Source of the DNA: a bacterium
Lineage (GTDB): Bacteria > Hinthialibacterota > Hinthialibacteria > Hinthialibacterales > Hinthialibacteraceae
DNA length: 64,000 nt
Assembly: GCA_963662285.2 (NCBI GenBank)
Contig: CAXXMV010000006.1
Coordinates: 1,088,001-1,152,000, forward strand
Direction: 5' to 3'
The notes beneath the pieces are model-generated. The model saw only the letters and a list, made by a program, of their open reading frames with translations, ran no database searches and was not told where the DNA came from. Shown piece by piece: positions 62,324 to 64,000 of the stretch. Both the position numbers and the translations under genes were made by a program. Position 1 is the stretch's first letter. Each line of letters opens with the position of its first letter.

Positions 62324-63661
62324 TTAATTTGTTTTGGTGACCGGTTGGGGTGTTGTATCTGATTCTGTTTTTTCTTTCTGGCTATCATCCGAAGAAACAA
62401 CCTTGACGGAGTCGCCAGAGCGAACTTTTTGCTTTCCTTCAATGACAATAGAATCCCCGGGGGCAAGCCCCGATTCGACGAGCCACTTATCGCCAATGGC
62501 GCGGCCGAGAGTGAGCGTAAGCTGTTGAATCTTGTTTTCCTCATCAACGAGAAGCACAGTGGGATTTCCTTTCGGATCGCGGGTGATGGCTTGTTGCGGA
62601 ATCAGGATTGCTTTCTCATCAACCCCTTCTTTCAGGATGGCCCGCACGAACATGCCTGGCAAGAGAATTCCATCGGGATTGGGAAGAACGATCCGCAAAA
62701 TAAAGGAGCCGGTCGTAGGATCGACCGTGATATCACTGAATAGCAAGGTTCCTTCTTGGGAATACGGCGTACCATCTTCCAATAAAAGTTGAATCTGCTG
62801 GTGGGCTGCTCCATTCTGATTCAACTTGCCGTCTTCCAGGTTGCGCCGCAACCGCAGCAGTTCCGTGGTAGATTGAGGGACGTCCACGTAAATGGGATCG
62901 ATTTGTTGAATCGTCGCTAGCGCCGTGGGTTGATAGGCCGTTGCCAGCGCCCCTTGGGTAACATTTGATTTTCCGATTCGACCGGAAATGGGAGCGGTAA
63001 TTTTGGTATAACCTAAATTGATCTGCGCCGTTTTGATTGCCGCTTCGGCCTGTTTAATGGCTGCTTGCGCGACGGCCACCGATTCCCGGTCGCTTTCGAC
63101 CTGCGCTTCAGCCGCCCGTAGGGAGGCCTCGGCTACCTCGGCTTCGGTCACAGACTGGTCGCGTATGATGGCGGTAACAGATTTTTCTTTGAATAATTTC
63201 TCATACCGGTCGCGGTTTGTTTTAGCGAGTTTCAAGGTCGCCTTTTGACATTCGACTCCGGCGATGCTAGCCATCAACGCCGCCCGCGCCCGATCAGCCG
63301 TCTTTCGCATGGCGGTCAGGTTTGCTTGAGCATTATCGAGCACCGCCTGGAGGGGCGCTGGATCGATCTGGTATAGCACCTGTCCGGCTGTGACCTTGGC
63401 CCCTTCTGTAAACAACCGTTCTTGAATAAGGCCGTTCACCTGGGGACGGATTTCCGCAACAAGATAGGCGGAGGTGCGTCCTGGCAATTCTGTTGTAAGA
63501 AGAACGGATTCTGGTTGAATCTTAAAGACGGCGACTTCTGGAGTCGTAACCGGCGGAGCTTCCTGCGTGGGTTCACAGCCTCTCAGAAATAGATTCCCTG
63601 CTAGAATCGTCGAAATCACCGACCATCGAACTACTTTATATATGCTTTTGTCAAGTTGCAT
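62324..63661 (-). CDS. acrA: RND efflux periplasmic adaptor, AcrA/MexA family
   Basis: ELPGRT..AEIRPQVNG, LYQIDP, APISGRIG, LLPGMFV; lipobox-like LRGC. ATG at 63661 has a GGAGG RBS (the ORF track starts at 63739). Confidence 0.92.
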   Translation of the reverse strand: MQLDKSIYKVVRWSVISTILAGNLFLRGCEPTQEAPPVTTPEVAVFKIQPESVLLTTELPGRTSAYLVAEIRPQVNGLIQERLFTEGAKVTAGQVLYQIDPAPLQAVLDNAQANLTAMRKTADRARAALMASIAGVECQKATLKLAKTNRDRYEKLFKEKSVTAIIRDQSVTEAEVAEASLRAAEAQVESDRESVAVAQAAIKQAEAAIKTAQINLGYTKITAPISGRIGKSNVTQGALATAYQPTALATIQQIDPIYVDVPQSTTELLRLRRNLEDGKLNQNGAAHQQIQLLLEDGTPYSQEGTLLFSDITVDPTTGSFILRIVLPNPDGILLPGMFVRAILKEGVDEKAILIPQQAITRDPKGNPTVLLVDEENKIQQLTLTLGRAIGDKWLVESGLAPGDSIVIEGKQKVRSGDSVKVVSSDDSQKEKTESDTTPQPVTKTN

Positions 63662-63716
63662 TAGTACCTCCATACTATTTGTATGTGGATTGTTTTTTTT
63701 ATATGTTGCAAGGTAA

Positions 63717-64000
63717 TCACGAGGTGATGAGACCTTCAAATAGGATATTCAAAATTGTATCCGGATTTTCCGGATACGGATGACGTTCGGGATTTTCGAG
63801 CCATAGAAACAGAAAAGTATTTACAATATTGTCGAGAGAAGCGGCCAGGTAATATGGCTCGGCGATCTTTTTAAAGCGTCCGTTATTGATTCCGCTCTTA
63901 AAAATGGCGGCGATTTGCTCCAGATTATCGCAGTATCCCTTACGGACCTCTTCATCCAGGTTGGCTTTAAAATTGTAACTCAATCCTCTGTTTTCGGTTA
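63717..64000 (-). CDS. Probable TetR-family regulator, C-terminal part (truncated by the window edge)
   Basis: IFKSGINNGRF..YYLAASL helix pattern, directly upstream of the RND adaptor; the frame is open to the window end. Confidence 0.6.
   Translation of the reverse strand, partial: TENRGLSYNFKANLDEEVRKGYCDNLEQIAAIFKSGINNGRFKKIAEPYYLAASLDNIVNTFLFLWLENPERHPYPENPDTILNILFEGLITS

Noticed and set aside
81-63248. Numerous 60-160 aa ORFs overlapping long genes on the opposite strand or in other frames
   Set aside because: No recognisable motifs, and they overlap well-supported CDSs; treated as shadow ORFs

Overview
Bacterial (diderm, probably an uncultured environmental lineage; taxonomy not determinable here) chromosomal window of about 40 genes, with no rRNA, tRNA or CRISPR array seen. 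The main feature is a ~22 kb minus-strand signalling cluster (3595-25412). In transcription order it holds six tandem, mosaic TonB-dependent receptor paralogs, a YfiR-family periplasmic protein, a CHASE8-like/HAMP histidine kinase, receiver proteins, an HD-GYP phosphodiesterase and a histidine kinase whose membrane input is two truncated MotA/PomA-like stator modules. Three intergenic regions of this cluster share a GCTGCAAC-N17-TAT promoter-like motif. Other notable regions are: a SulP-STAS-cNMP gene between transposase-remnant repeats; a secreted-protein gene flanked by a duplicated 3' end of a Tat-exported DegT aminotransferase; a DUF2089 regulator with a 21-bp-phased operator-like array followed by three SHOCT-like membrane paralogs, one split at a T9 tract; several REP/MITE-like inverted-repeat elements including a RAYT remnant; and an AcrAB-type RND efflux operon. 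All family calls come from motif recognition by eye, with no database searches.
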